From: Candidatus Methanophagales archaeon
GTDB taxonomy: Archaea > Halobacteriota > Syntropharchaeia > Alkanophagales > Methanospirareceae
DNA: 64,000 nt
NCBI GenBank assembly: GCA_017883965.1
Contig: JAFNKG010000004.1
Location: 983-64,982 of the forward strand
Reading direction: 5' to 3'
Shown here piece by piece: positions 17,305 to 25,325 of the stretch; within the stretch, counting starts at the first letter, position 1, and each line of letters opens with the position of its first letter. Below the pieces are notes generated by a model. The model made no database searches and had not been told where the DNA came from. It saw only the letters and a program-made list of their open reading frames with translations. The translations under genes and the position numbers were made by a program.

Positions 17305-18525
17305 TCACCGATTCAACCTCACATGCGCTTCTGTCAAATGCCTTGCGCCTAAAGCTCCTATTAACGATACCTCTCCTGCGAGCACGACAGCACCAACAAT
17401 CTCTGCGAATTTTGATGCGTTTGAGCCCGGAGACTCGCCAGCGCCATAAACCCCGATTATCTCCAGTGCTTCTCTTTGCGTGCCCAGGGCAGTTCCACCA
17501 CCTACGGTGCCCACCTGTAACGAAGGAATTGTAACAGAGAATAGAAGGTCGCCATCCTCGGTAAGCTCAGCAGTGGTGAAACCTTGCGAGCCTTCAACCA
17601 CGTGAGCGGCATCTTGACCCGTTGCAATGAATATGGCAGCGATGACATTAGCGAACTGAGCATTGAACCCATAAGACGACGCCAGGGCACTACCTATCAA
17701 ACATTTCCGATAGACGATGTCAGCCATTGCCTCGGGTGAAGTCTTCAGCACCTCTTTTATCACGTCACGAGTCAAAACAACCTCAGCAATCACCGTTTTT
17801 CCTCTACCCATGATGAGGTTCAATGCGGACGATTTTTTATCCACGCATACATTCCCGCTAAGTGCGACGTGCTTTAGCTCTAATTCGGTTTCTAAAAACT
17901 TGATAACCTCATCAGTGGCGATAGTAGCCATGTTCATGCCCATCGCATCGCCGGTTTTATAAACGAATCTCACAAACAAATTCCGACCCACAATCCATGT
18001 TTGTATTCCCTCCAATTTTAAAAACCGCGATGTAGATTCCGCTATTTCCTTTAGTTTATCCTTGCTGCGATTTATAAAGTTCAATGATTCTCTTGCATGA
18101 CTGGCATTCCGTGCCTTTAAAACCGGTGCTCTCGCCATTCCATCCTGCATAACGAATGAAATTGCTCCTCCTGATTTATTTATCGCCGTACATCCCCGGT
18201 TTACCGATGCAACAAGAGCGCCTTCGGTCGTTGCAAGAGGGATATGATACAATCCGTTAGCGAAGTCACCTTTCACCTGAACAGGTCCCGCAACGCCCAT
18301 GGGAACCTGTGCGACGCCGATAAAATTCTCTATGTTCGCTTTCATCGCTCTTTCTACATCTATGGAAAAAATGCTTAGATTGTGTAACTGTGTTTCCGTC
18401 AGAACGTCCAAAGCTCGCCTTCTCAGCTCAGTAGCCTTCCTTGCGTCGTTTCCTACATGCTTCTCCACCTCGTGAAACTTTACTTCGCCCTTAACGATTT
18501 TATCTATGAGTTCTTGCTCTTCCAT
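17305..18525 (-). CDS. hmgA: hydroxymethylglutaryl-CoA reductase (class I, archaeal)
   Basis: ENFIGVAQVPMGVAGP, TTEGALVAS, DAMGMNM, GTVGGGT motifs. Confidence 0.9.
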   Translation of the reverse strand: MEEQELIDKIVKGEVKFHEVEKHVGNDARKATELRRRALDVLTETQLHNLSIFSIDVERAMKANIENFIGVAQVPMGVAGPVQVKGDFANGLYHIPLATTEGALVASVNRGCTAINKSGGAISFVMQDGMARAPVLKARNASHARESLNFINRSKDKLKEIAESTSRFLKLEGIQTWIVGRNLFVRFVYKTGDAMGMNMATIATDEVIKFLETELELKHVALSGNVCVDKKSSALNLIMGRGKTVIAEVVLTRDVIKEVLKTSPEAMADIVYRKCLIGSALASSYGFNAQFANVIAAIFIATGQDAAHVVEGSQGFTTAELTEDGDLLFSVTIPSLQVGTVGGGTALGTQREALEIIGVYGAGESPGSNASKFAEIVGAVVLAGEVSLIGALGARHLTEAHVRLNR

Positions 18526-18576
18526 TTTCGACCCCTGATTATTTTTAGGAGAAGGGTTTATTTAAAGAAGAAAGAT

Positions 18577-19509
18577 TTATTTCGCATGGTCTCTGATGTA
18601 ATCCCAAAACGCTCGTCTGGTTGAGTACCATTTTCTTCCAATTTTAACTGCATCTAACAATCCCTGTCTTGCTCTCAAACCGAGATATTCCTGTGAGTAT
18701 GGGCACTCTTTTACCTTTGCCAACTCGGCGAGAGAAATCGGCTCGTCCATGCCACCAAATATCGCCAAATAGAGTGTCAGTGATTCGTCTATGTATTTAG
18801 CAATGAAATTCGCAAATGGTTCAAGATTTCCTCCATCTGCAAGGCTTAGAAACCGATAGTATTTTCCCCGGTCTTCTTTCCTTAGAACAATAGGAGGATA
18901 GCCTTCTTTCATAAGATAGAGGTTGGTGAGAAGGCGTGCCACTCTTCCATTGCCATCGGTGAACAAATGAATTTCTACCAACTTATGATGCAAGAATGCA
19001 GCGGTTTTTATTGGATGCTCCTTCTTGTCTTTGTCCTTTAAAAATGAAATCAAATCATCTACCAGGTGATAGACCTTTGAGAAGTCAGGAGGCGTTTTGG
19101 TTGCCCCGGTTATCCTCACATTTTGAACACGGTATTTCCCTGCATCAACACATATACCCTTGGTTACGACTTCATGGATTTGCTGCATGGTTGCATGGTC
19201 TATTTCTCTTTTCTCCTTTGCTATTGCTTCTATCATGTCGTAAGCCTCGGCGAGGTTGGTTGCTTCCAGGTGTTCTCTTACCGATTTCCCGCCAATGGTT
19301 ATTCCTTCTTCAAGCACGAGTTTGGTTTCTTGAAGTGTCAGCGTATTGCCTTCAATAGCATTTGAGTGATAAGTATGCAGTAATCTTAACTCATCTCTAA
19401 GTTTTCTCACAGCACTCTCAGGAAGTGGTCTAAGTGTATCTAATCGTTCTTTCTTCCGCTGGATTCTTCCGAGCAAATCACTTCGGATCAAAGTATCGGT
19501 ATTGTACAT
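18577..19509 (-). CDS. Fic-family protein (AMPylase-type) with C-terminal HTH-like tail
   Basis: Fic motif HLFTDGNGRVARLL (HxFx[DE]GNGRxxR) and an N-terminal inhibitory-helix-type motif HSNAIEGN ([ST]xxxE[GN]). Start trimmed to ATG 19509 (MYNTDTL), because the upstream 188 codons of the track ORF are antisense to mtd. Confidence 0.8.
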   Translation of the reverse strand: MYNTDTLIRSDLLGRIQRKKERLDTLRPLPESAVRKLRDELRLLHTYHSNAIEGNTLTLQETKLVLEEGITIGGKSVREHLEATNLAEAYDMIEAIAKEKREIDHATMQQIHEVVTKGICVDAGKYRVQNVRITGATKTPPDFSKVYHLVDDLISFLKDKDKKEHPIKTAAFLHHKLVEIHLFTDGNGRVARLLTNLYLMKEGYPPIVLRKEDRGKYYRFLSLADGGNLEPFANFIAKYIDESLTLYLAIFGGMDEPISLAELAKVKECPYSQEYLGLRARQGLLDAVKIGRKWYSTRRAFWDYIRDHAK

Positions 19510-19639
19510 TTCCTCAGTTAAACGATATAATGAAACTATCATATATCGGTATCGGTTATATTTTAGTTGAACCGATATTAATCTAAAATGTCTATCTTTT
19601 TTATACTTCTCCGTGCATAACCATAAAGCGTGATCGGAC

Positions 19640-20473
19640 ATGCAAGTAGTAAAAATAGGATTTGTAAAATTGGGAAACATAGGAGCTTCAAGAATAGTGG
19701 ATTTGTTGCTTGACGAGAGAGCCGACAGAGAGGATATAGACGCTCGTGTGTTGGGGACAGGAGCGAAGATGACGCCGGAAAATGCGGAAGATACTGCCCG
19801 CTTGATGGAATGGGACCCTGATGTGGTGTTGATAATCAGTCCGAACGCCGCTCTTCCAGGTCCTAAACGCGCACGTGAGATGGTAAAGGAGAAGGGCAAG
19901 CCGTGCATCGTTATCTCCGACGGACCTGCAAAGAAAGCAGTAGATAAGTTAAAGGAAGGAGGGTTTGGATACATTATAATACCGGGTGACCCGATGATAG
20001 GGGCGAGGAGAGAGTTTTTAGACCCCGTGGAGATGAGCCTGTTTAATGCCGACGTCCTCTCTGTTCTGTCCATAACAGGAGTAGTAAGATTGATGCAAGA
20101 GGAAATTGACGCCGTTATAGAAGCGATAAAGAAAGGTGAAGAAGTGAAATTACCTCAGATAATAGCAACTGCGGAGAAGGCGGTAGAAAGGGCGAAATTT
20201 TCAAATCCGTATGCGAAGGCAAAAGCTATAGCGGCTTATAACATGGTGGAGCGCGTAGCGGATATGGATGCGAAGGGCTGTTTCGTAATGAAGAACCCGG
20301 AAGAGTATGTGCCAATGGTTGCAGCCGCGCATGAACTATTAAGAGAAGCGGCAAATTTTGCCTTTGAAGCGAGAGAAATGGAAAAGCAAGCTGACAGCTT
20401 GGCTCGTGCGCCCCATTCCAGAACAGGAGAGATAATGAAGAAAGCGAAGTTAATGGAGAAGCCGAGTGCGTGA
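19640..20473 (+). CDS. mtd: F420-dependent methylenetetrahydromethanopterin dehydrogenase
   Basis: KIGFVKLGNIGAS...LLDERADREDID...GARREFLDPVEM...NPYAKAKA...YVPMVAAAHE, collinear with Mtd sequences as I recall them. Confidence 0.9.
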   Translation: MQVVKIGFVKLGNIGASRIVDLLLDERADREDIDARVLGTGAKMTPENAEDTARLMEWDPDVVLIISPNAALPGPKRAREMVKEKGKPCIVISDGPAKKAVDKLKEGGFGYIIIPGDPMIGARREFLDPVEMSLFNADVLSVLSITGVVRLMQEEIDAVIEAIKKGEEVKLPQIIATAEKAVERAKFSNPYAKAKAIAAYNMVERVADMDAKGCFVMKNPEEYVPMVAAAHELLREAANFAFEAREMEKQADSLARAPHSRTGEIMKKAKLMEKPSA

Positions 20474-20488
20474 TTTCTCACGCCTCTC

Positions 20489-20520
20489 TCTTTTTTGCAT
20501 TTTTCAATTTGCATTTTTAA
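20489..20520 (+). terminator. oligo-T tract terminator candidate downstream of mtd
   Basis: ctcttttttgcatttttcaatttgcattttt has T6, T5 and T5 runs within 30 nt of the stop. Archaeal termination typically uses oligo-T. Confidence 0.4.
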
Positions 20521-20524
20521 ACGA

Positions 20525-20596
20525 TGGGCCCGATGCGATTCGAACGCATGACCTTCGCCTCGTAAAGGCGACGTCATTCCACTAGACCACGGGCCC
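20525..20596 (-). tRNA. tRNA-Val (anticodon TAC)
   Basis: GGGCCCG/CGGGCCC acceptor stem, anticodon stem TCGCC/GGCGA with loop TTTACGA, T-arm ATGCG-TTCGAAT-CGCAT, discriminator A. No encoded CCA. Confidence 0.9.
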
Positions 20597-20733
20597 TTTT
20601 CTCTCTCTCGTTCAGGTCAGGTCACATTTTCAGAGCGAACAACAAATGTAAATAAGCGTGACCTGCTTTATTCTTTATATTTTATATTAACGATATTTTT
20701 ATTGAAAATAAAAAGGCAGGGTTGCAAAGAAAA

Positions 20734-21123
20734 ATGCGAGGTGGATTTAGAAAAGGAATGGGCTTGAGTCCTAAGAAATTAAACCTGATGATGAAACAAA
20801 TGGGCATAAGCGTAGAAGAGCTAAGCGATGTAGAGGAAGTGGTGATAAAAACTGCGGATGCAGAGCTCGTTTTTGAGGATGCCGTCGTTACAGTTATGGA
20901 TGCACCGGGTTCGAAGATGTATCAAATAACAGGCACGCCTGTAAAACGCTCTAAGTCTGAATCTGAATCTGAGCTTGGACCTGAGCCTGTGGTGAGTATT
21001 TCGCCAGAAGATGTGGAAATAGTAATGGAAAAGGCAGGGTGCAGCGAAGCAGAAGCGAAAGCTACTTTAACCGAAACAAAAGGTGATTTAGCAGAGGCGA
21101 TTTCCCGGCTTTGTGAGGAATGA
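20734..21123 (+). CDS. nac: nascent polypeptide-associated complex protein (archaeal NAC) with UBA domain
   Basis: KKLNLMMKQMGISVEELSDVEEVVIK...MYQITG and C-terminal EDVEIVMEKAGCSEAEAKATLTETKGDLAEAI (UBA). Confidence 0.85.
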   Translation: MRGGFRKGMGLSPKKLNLMMKQMGISVEELSDVEEVVIKTADAELVFEDAVVTVMDAPGSKMYQITGTPVKRSKSESESELGPEPVVSISPEDVEIVMEKAGCSEAEAKATLTETKGDLAEAISRLCEE

Positions 21124-21959
21124 ACAACTTAATTCATCCGAAACGCATTGGGATGGTATGCAGGGGCGAGGATGGGGATGTATCAGTACTAAAGAGGCTG
21201 ATTGAGTGTGTAGAGGAAAGAGGTGTGGTTATACTGGACGAAAAGACAGCGTATAAGCTCAAAAAGCCGGGTATGAAAATAGAAGAGATGGACGTGGATT
21301 TTCTGATATGCGTTGGCGGTGACGGCACAATTTTAAGGGCACTTCATTCTTTAAAAAGCCCCATACCGGTGTTAGGGATAAATACGGGAGCGATAGGCTT
21401 TTTAGCGGAAGTGCAGCCAGAAAATGCTGTTTCTACACTCATGAGGATATTAGAGGGGTTTGAAGTTGAGCACAGGAAAAGGCTTTCGGTGGAAGTAAAA
21501 GGTAAAATGGGAAGGATGCCCTATGCGATGAATGAAGCGGTAGTAGTAACATCTAAACCCGGGAAAATGCTACATTTCGCCATATTTGTGAATGGTGAGG
21601 AGTTAGAGCGGTTAAGAGCGGACGGTGTTATTTTTGCAACTCCCACAGGGAGCACTGCGTACTCGATGAGTGCTGGCGGACCCATAGTTGACTCAAGGGT
21701 GGATGCAACCATAATAGTGCCAATTGCACCTTACAAACTTTCTGCAAGACCCACAGTCGTAGATATAAACAGAGAGATAAGTTTAGACCTCTTGGAGGTG
21801 AAGGATGCCGAGTTGGTCATAGATGGGCAGTTTTACAGGGAGATAGGGAAAGAAGACAGGATTAGTATTACGAGAGGCGAGCCTGCTTTTTTTGTGAGAA
21901 TACGAAACAAACATTTTTTAAAGCTACGAGACAAATTGCGAAGTGAGGAAGAAAAATGA
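21120..21959 (+). CDS. nadK: NAD kinase
   Basis: GGDGTILRA, ANEAVV, TPTGSTAYSMSAGGPIV motifs. ATGA overlap with nac. Confidence 0.85.
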   Translation: MNNLIHPKRIGMVCRGEDGDVSVLKRLIECVEERGVVILDEKTAYKLKKPGMKIEEMDVDFLICVGGDGTILRALHSLKSPIPVLGINTGAIGFLAEVQPENAVSTLMRILEGFEVEHRKRLSVEVKGKMGRMPYAMNEAVVVTSKPGKMLHFAIFVNGEELERLRADGVIFATPTGSTAYSMSAGGPIVDSRVDATIIVPIAPYKLSARPTVVDINREISLDLLEVKDAELVIDGQFYREIGKEDRISITRGEPAFFVRIRNKHFLKLRDKLRSEEEK

Positions 21960-22014
21960 AAAAATAATTTTTATACATAGAAATTGAAAGTGTAAGAAAG
22001 GGAGGAGATTGAAA

Positions 22015-22278
22015 ATGGAAAAAATATCAGCACAGAAGTTGGATGATAAAAAAGTTGTGGACTCAGAGGGTAGCGAAGTGGGGGTATATCAGAACATAGT
22101 AGCAGATGCAGGGACGGGTATGTTGACAGGACTCGTGGTTAAACCCGCTGCGGAACTTAACACAAGCGGGTTCAGAAAGGAGGACGATTATATCCTTATA
22201 CCGTTTGATGCGGTTAAAGCAATAAAGGACGTTATAGTAGTGGACAGTGAAAAGATACGTGCACATGTACGGGCGTGA
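22015..22278 (+). CDS. PRC-barrel domain protein
   Basis: KKVVDSEGSEVGVYQNIVADAGTGMLTGLVVKP...ILIPFDAVKAIKDVIVV. ATG 22015 lies 8 nt after gggaggag. Confidence 0.65.
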   Translation: MEKISAQKLDDKKVVDSEGSEVGVYQNIVADAGTGMLTGLVVKPAAELNTSGFRKEDDYILIPFDAVKAIKDVIVVDSEKIRAHVRA

Positions 22279-22387
22279 CGGGATTTGAACCCGTGATTTG
22301 CAGCTTTCTCCCATTTTGCATTTTGATCAAACTTTTTTAAAAGTTTGTTAGGAGGCTGCCGCCATGTCCTAACTAGGCCACACGCCC
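22270..22387 (-). tRNA. tRNA-Arg (anticodon CCT) with 43-nt intron at 37/38
   Basis: Exons 22387-22349 and 22305-22270. Acceptor GGGCGTG/CACGCCC, anticodon stem GCAGC/GCTGC, loop CTCCTA|A, T-arm ACGGG-TTCAAAT-CCCGT. The intron (22306-22348) contains GGGAG, complementary to the CTCC of the anticodon loop. Confidence 0.85.
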
Positions 22388-22489
22388 TGCCAAAATTTTT
22401 ATTAAAAAAGAAGTTTATTAAAGAAAACTTTTTCTTTTGGCAATGCTTTAGCGATATTACTTGATGCGTTTAACATTTATTATGATGAC

Positions 22490-23941
22490 ATGAGGGCATT
22501 GCAAAAGAGCGCGGAAAAGGCAGCGGAGATAATAAAAGAACACGAATACGCAAGGGTAATCTCGCATTACGACGCAGATGGGATAACTGCTGCGGGGATT
22601 ATCTGTAACGGCTTGCTTCGAAGAGGGATACAGTTCCATACGAGTATCGTAAACAAACTGGAGCGCCCTTTTATTCAAGGGTTAAATGAGGAGCTTATTA
22701 TATTTTGCGACATGGGCACTGCGCAAGTAGATTTGATATTGGAGTATCTCAAAGATAAGGATGTGATAATCATAGACCATCATGAGCCTTTAACTTTAAT
22801 ATCGGCTCCGACATCTCAGGCATCCTCTTTGGTGCTCATAAATCCTTGTTGCCTTAGCGTGGAAGGGGAAGGGAAAGGGAAAGGGGAGCGAGAGATGGAA
22901 AGTGAAATAGGCGGTGAGATTTGCGCCGCAGGTATCTCTTATCTCGTAGCAAGGTGCATGTCAGGTGACGATAAGGATAACATAGACCTCGCTGGACTTG
23001 CGGTAGCAGGGACATTAGGCGATAAACTGGAGCTGAATAGCGGAATAAACAAAATGATTTTGGATGATGCAATAAAAGAAGGAGTTATCTCTGTTAAAAA
23101 GGGGTTGAAGCTCGGCGAAGGAAAAATTCGGGATTTGATTCTTCTCTCTACTGACCCTTATATTCCGCTTGCGGGTAAGGTGGAGTGGGTGGATGCTTTT
23201 CTGAATAAGGTAGGTATAGAAGGCGATAAGAAGGTAAGCGATTTAGAGGAGGAAGAGGAAAGGCGGTTGACTACTGCTTTGGTATCGCTATTAAGAGAAT
23301 CTAAAACAGGCATCAGCGAGGACGCTCTGGTTGGAACCACGTATATTTTAAATTCTGAGGTGGTGAGGAATGGGATAGAATTTATGAGAATGGTGGATGC
23401 TTGTGGTCGGTTTGGAAAAGCGGGCATTGGAATAGGACTGTGTCTGCGGGAGGAGCGAATGATAGAAGAAGCAACTTCGCTATACGTAAAGTTTCAAAGC
23501 AAACTTGTTTCTGAGTTGAATAGAATAGAAAGCGAAGAGGGTATTATAAAAGAGCTACCAAATATTTTCTATTTTTACGTGCATGAGAAAGGTATAACCG
23601 GCGTTTTAGCTGGGATAGTGGCGGAATATTTATACACGGGGAAGCCTGTAATCGTGTTAAACAAGAAAAATGGTGCAGAGGAAGGAGTAAAGGCGGAAAC
23701 GAAAATATCTGCGAGGTGTAATAAGAAACTGCTATTAGCATCGGAGGGCGAGAGAGAGGGCGAAGGCGAGGGCGAGGGAATAGACCTTGCAAAGGCAATG
23801 GAGAAAGCGTCGAAAGAAGTAGAAGGTTTTGGCGGTGGACATCCTGTTGCATCGGGGGCGTCCATTCCAGAGGGGTCTGAGGAGAAATTTATAGACATTC
23901 TTGATAGAATAATAGGCGAGCAGAAGGTGAAAAATTCGTGA
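22490..23941 (+). CDS. DHH/DHHA1 phosphoesterase, archaeal RecJ-like
   Basis: ISHYDADGITAAG (DHH motif I), IIIDHH (motif III), GGGHPVASGA (DHHA1). Carries two G/E-rich low-complexity inserts. Confidence 0.75.
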   Translation: MRALQKSAEKAAEIIKEHEYARVISHYDADGITAAGIICNGLLRRGIQFHTSIVNKLERPFIQGLNEELIIFCDMGTAQVDLILEYLKDKDVIIIDHHEPLTLISAPTSQASSLVLINPCCLSVEGEGKGKGEREMESEIGGEICAAGISYLVARCMSGDDKDNIDLAGLAVAGTLGDKLELNSGINKMILDDAIKEGVISVKKGLKLGEGKIRDLILLSTDPYIPLAGKVEWVDAFLNKVGIEGDKKVSDLEEEEERRLTTALVSLLRESKTGISEDALVGTTYILNSEVVRNGIEFMRMVDACGRFGKAGIGIGLCLREERMIEEATSLYVKFQSKLVSELNRIESEEGIIKELPNIFYFYVHEKGITGVLAGIVAEYLYTGKPVIVLNKKNGAEEGVKAETKISARCNKKLLLASEGEREGEGEGEGIDLAKAMEKASKEVEGFGGGHPVASGASIPEGSEEKFIDILDRIIGEQKVKNS

Positions 23942-23956
23942 GGTGGCACAAACTTT

Positions 23957-24187
23957 TTATAAACCTTTCATCGGATACTTCACCTTCACGATGAGGTAAG
24001 AAACAAGCAATCCGAGGAAGAAGCCGAAAAAGGAGAAAAAGAGAGAGAAGGCGAAGCCCGTTATACTGTTTCCTGACCCTTTACCAAGTTCAAAACCGCC
24101 GAATAAACCGAGGATGGTGAGAGCGGAAATAAGAAGGGTGTAAGGAAGAGCTTGCAAAAAAACGTTGTTCTTGAGCTTCTCTTTCAT
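23957..24187 (-). CDS. small 2-TM membrane protein, unknown function
   Basis: 76 aa with two hydrophobic helices, located immediately downstream of the proteolipid paralogues on the same strand. Confidence 0.45.
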   Translation of the reverse strand: MKEKLKNNVFLQALPYTLLISALTILGLFGGFELGKGSGNSITGFAFSLFFSFFGFFLGLLVSYLIVKVKYPMKGL

Positions 24188-24250
24188 TTTTATCCCCTTT
24201 TTGCATATTACATTTTACATTTTGTATTTTGCATTCAGTGCTATGCGCTA

Positions 24251-24586
24251 TTATATCTTCGTCCAGAGCATGAACGAAATCAACAGTCCGTATATAGCGA
24301 TTGCTTCTGCAAGAGCCACGAAGATCATGACACGACCAAACACTTCGGGCTTCTCCGTGGTAGCTCCCGTAGCTGCGGTTCCAGTAGCTGATATTGCCCA
24401 ACTCGCAGCAAATGCCGAGCCTGCCATCGCAATACCCGCCGCCATTGCTATCCACGCGCTGTCTGTAATTCCTCCACCCGCTGCTGTCGCTGCCGCTTCC
24501 CCTTCCGCTGAGGCAACCCCTATTCCCGTGAGGAACAAGAGCAGGCAAAACGTAAATGTAAACAGCAGGTTTGTCTTTGTTACCAT
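24251..24586 (-). CDS. A/V-type ATPase proteolipid (subunit K/c)-like protein with signal-peptide-like N-terminus, paralogue 1
   Basis: [57 protein letters not shown] is a G/A-rich helix 1, polar loop, and helix 2 with the conserved carboxylate E. It is preceded by [27 protein letters not shown] gaggtga. Confidence 0.65.
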   Translation of the reverse strand: MVTKTNLLFTFTFCLLLFLTGIGVASAEGEAAATAAGGGITDSAWIAMAAGIAMAGSAFAASWAISATGTAATGATTEKPEVFGRVMIFVALAEAIAIYGLLISFMLWTKI

Positions 24587-24844
24587 TACATCACCTCTTT
24601 TAATAGATTAAAATTCATACTATATAAAACTTAATGTTTTCTTCGTGTCACTTTGTGTCACCTATCTCACAAGTGCCATATATGGTAGATGATTTCTGGT
24701 CGAATAAGAAGAGGAAAGGTAAAATTATGGTGCCAGAAAGAATCAGTGGAAAAAAGCCAAATTGTAATACTTTTTAACTCAAGACTTGCTCACGCAGCTG
24801 GACTGCATGCAAAGAGCATACATGATGGTATTATAGGTCTATTG

Positions 24845-25186
24845 TTATACTATCTTCGTCCAGAGCATGAACGAAATCAAAAGCCCGTATATAGCGATCG
24901 CTTCTGCAAGAGCAGCGAAAATCAGAACACGACCAAACACTTCGGGCTTCTCCGTGGTAGCACCGGCAGCTGCCGCTCCCGTAGCTGATATTCCAATACC
25001 TGCACCAAGTGCCGCTCCCGCCATTGCAATACCTGCCCCTACTGCTATCCATCCGTTATCAGTGGCTCCCCCTGCTGTTACTGCTGCTTCTTCTTGCGCA
25101 GACGCAACTCCTACTCCTGCGAGGAGCAAGAGCAAGCAAAGCGTAAATGCAAACCCGTATTTCGATTTCATATCCATCTTTTTCAC
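24845..25186 (-). CDS. A/V-type ATPase proteolipid (subunit K/c)-like protein with signal-peptide-like N-terminus, paralogue 2
   Basis: [59 protein letters not shown], preceded by [22 protein letters not shown]. The 3' about 130 nt is near-identical to paralogue 1. Confidence 0.65.
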   Translation of the reverse strand: MKKMDMKSKYGFAFTLCLLLLLAGVGVASAQEEAAVTAGGATDNGWIAVGAGIAMAGAALGAGIGISATGAAAAGATTEKPEVFGRVLIFAALAEAIAIYGLLISFMLWTKIV

Positions 25187-25288
25187 CTCTTTCTTAGCCG
25201 TGTCTTTTATGACACTGAATTGTTATATGCCATAAATGCCTTATAAAGTTTTCTATAAATTTCAGGGTATATAAATGTAAATGGTTTT

Positions 25289-25325
25289 TATTTGGATTTT
25301 AGTGTTTTGGATTTGGGATTTTCAG
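25289..25325. repeat. GGGATTT-type short repeat cluster (locus a)
   Basis: tttggattttagtgttttggatttgggattttcagg. It overlaps the last codons (KIPNPKH*) of the radical SAM ORF. Confidence 0.5.

Noticed and set aside
19510-20073. N-terminal 188 codons of the 498-aa track ORF 18577-20073 (minus strand)
   Set aside because: This part is exactly antisense to the well-supported mtd gene. It is Ser/Pro/Ala-rich low complexity with no motif. The Fic homology begins only after the internal ATG at 19509.
24689-24988. 99-aa plus-strand ORF between the proteolipid genes
   Set aside because: Its 3' half is antisense to proteolipid paralogue 2. The 5' half lies in the promoter region and has no RBS.
24251-25186. 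The two 111/113-aa proteins as RiPP precursors for the neighbouring radical SAM enzyme
   Set aside because: Their C-terminal two-thirds carry a clear ATPase proteolipid signature (loop EKPEVFGR, helix-2 AEAIAIYGL). That explains the conservation better than a leader/core peptide model.
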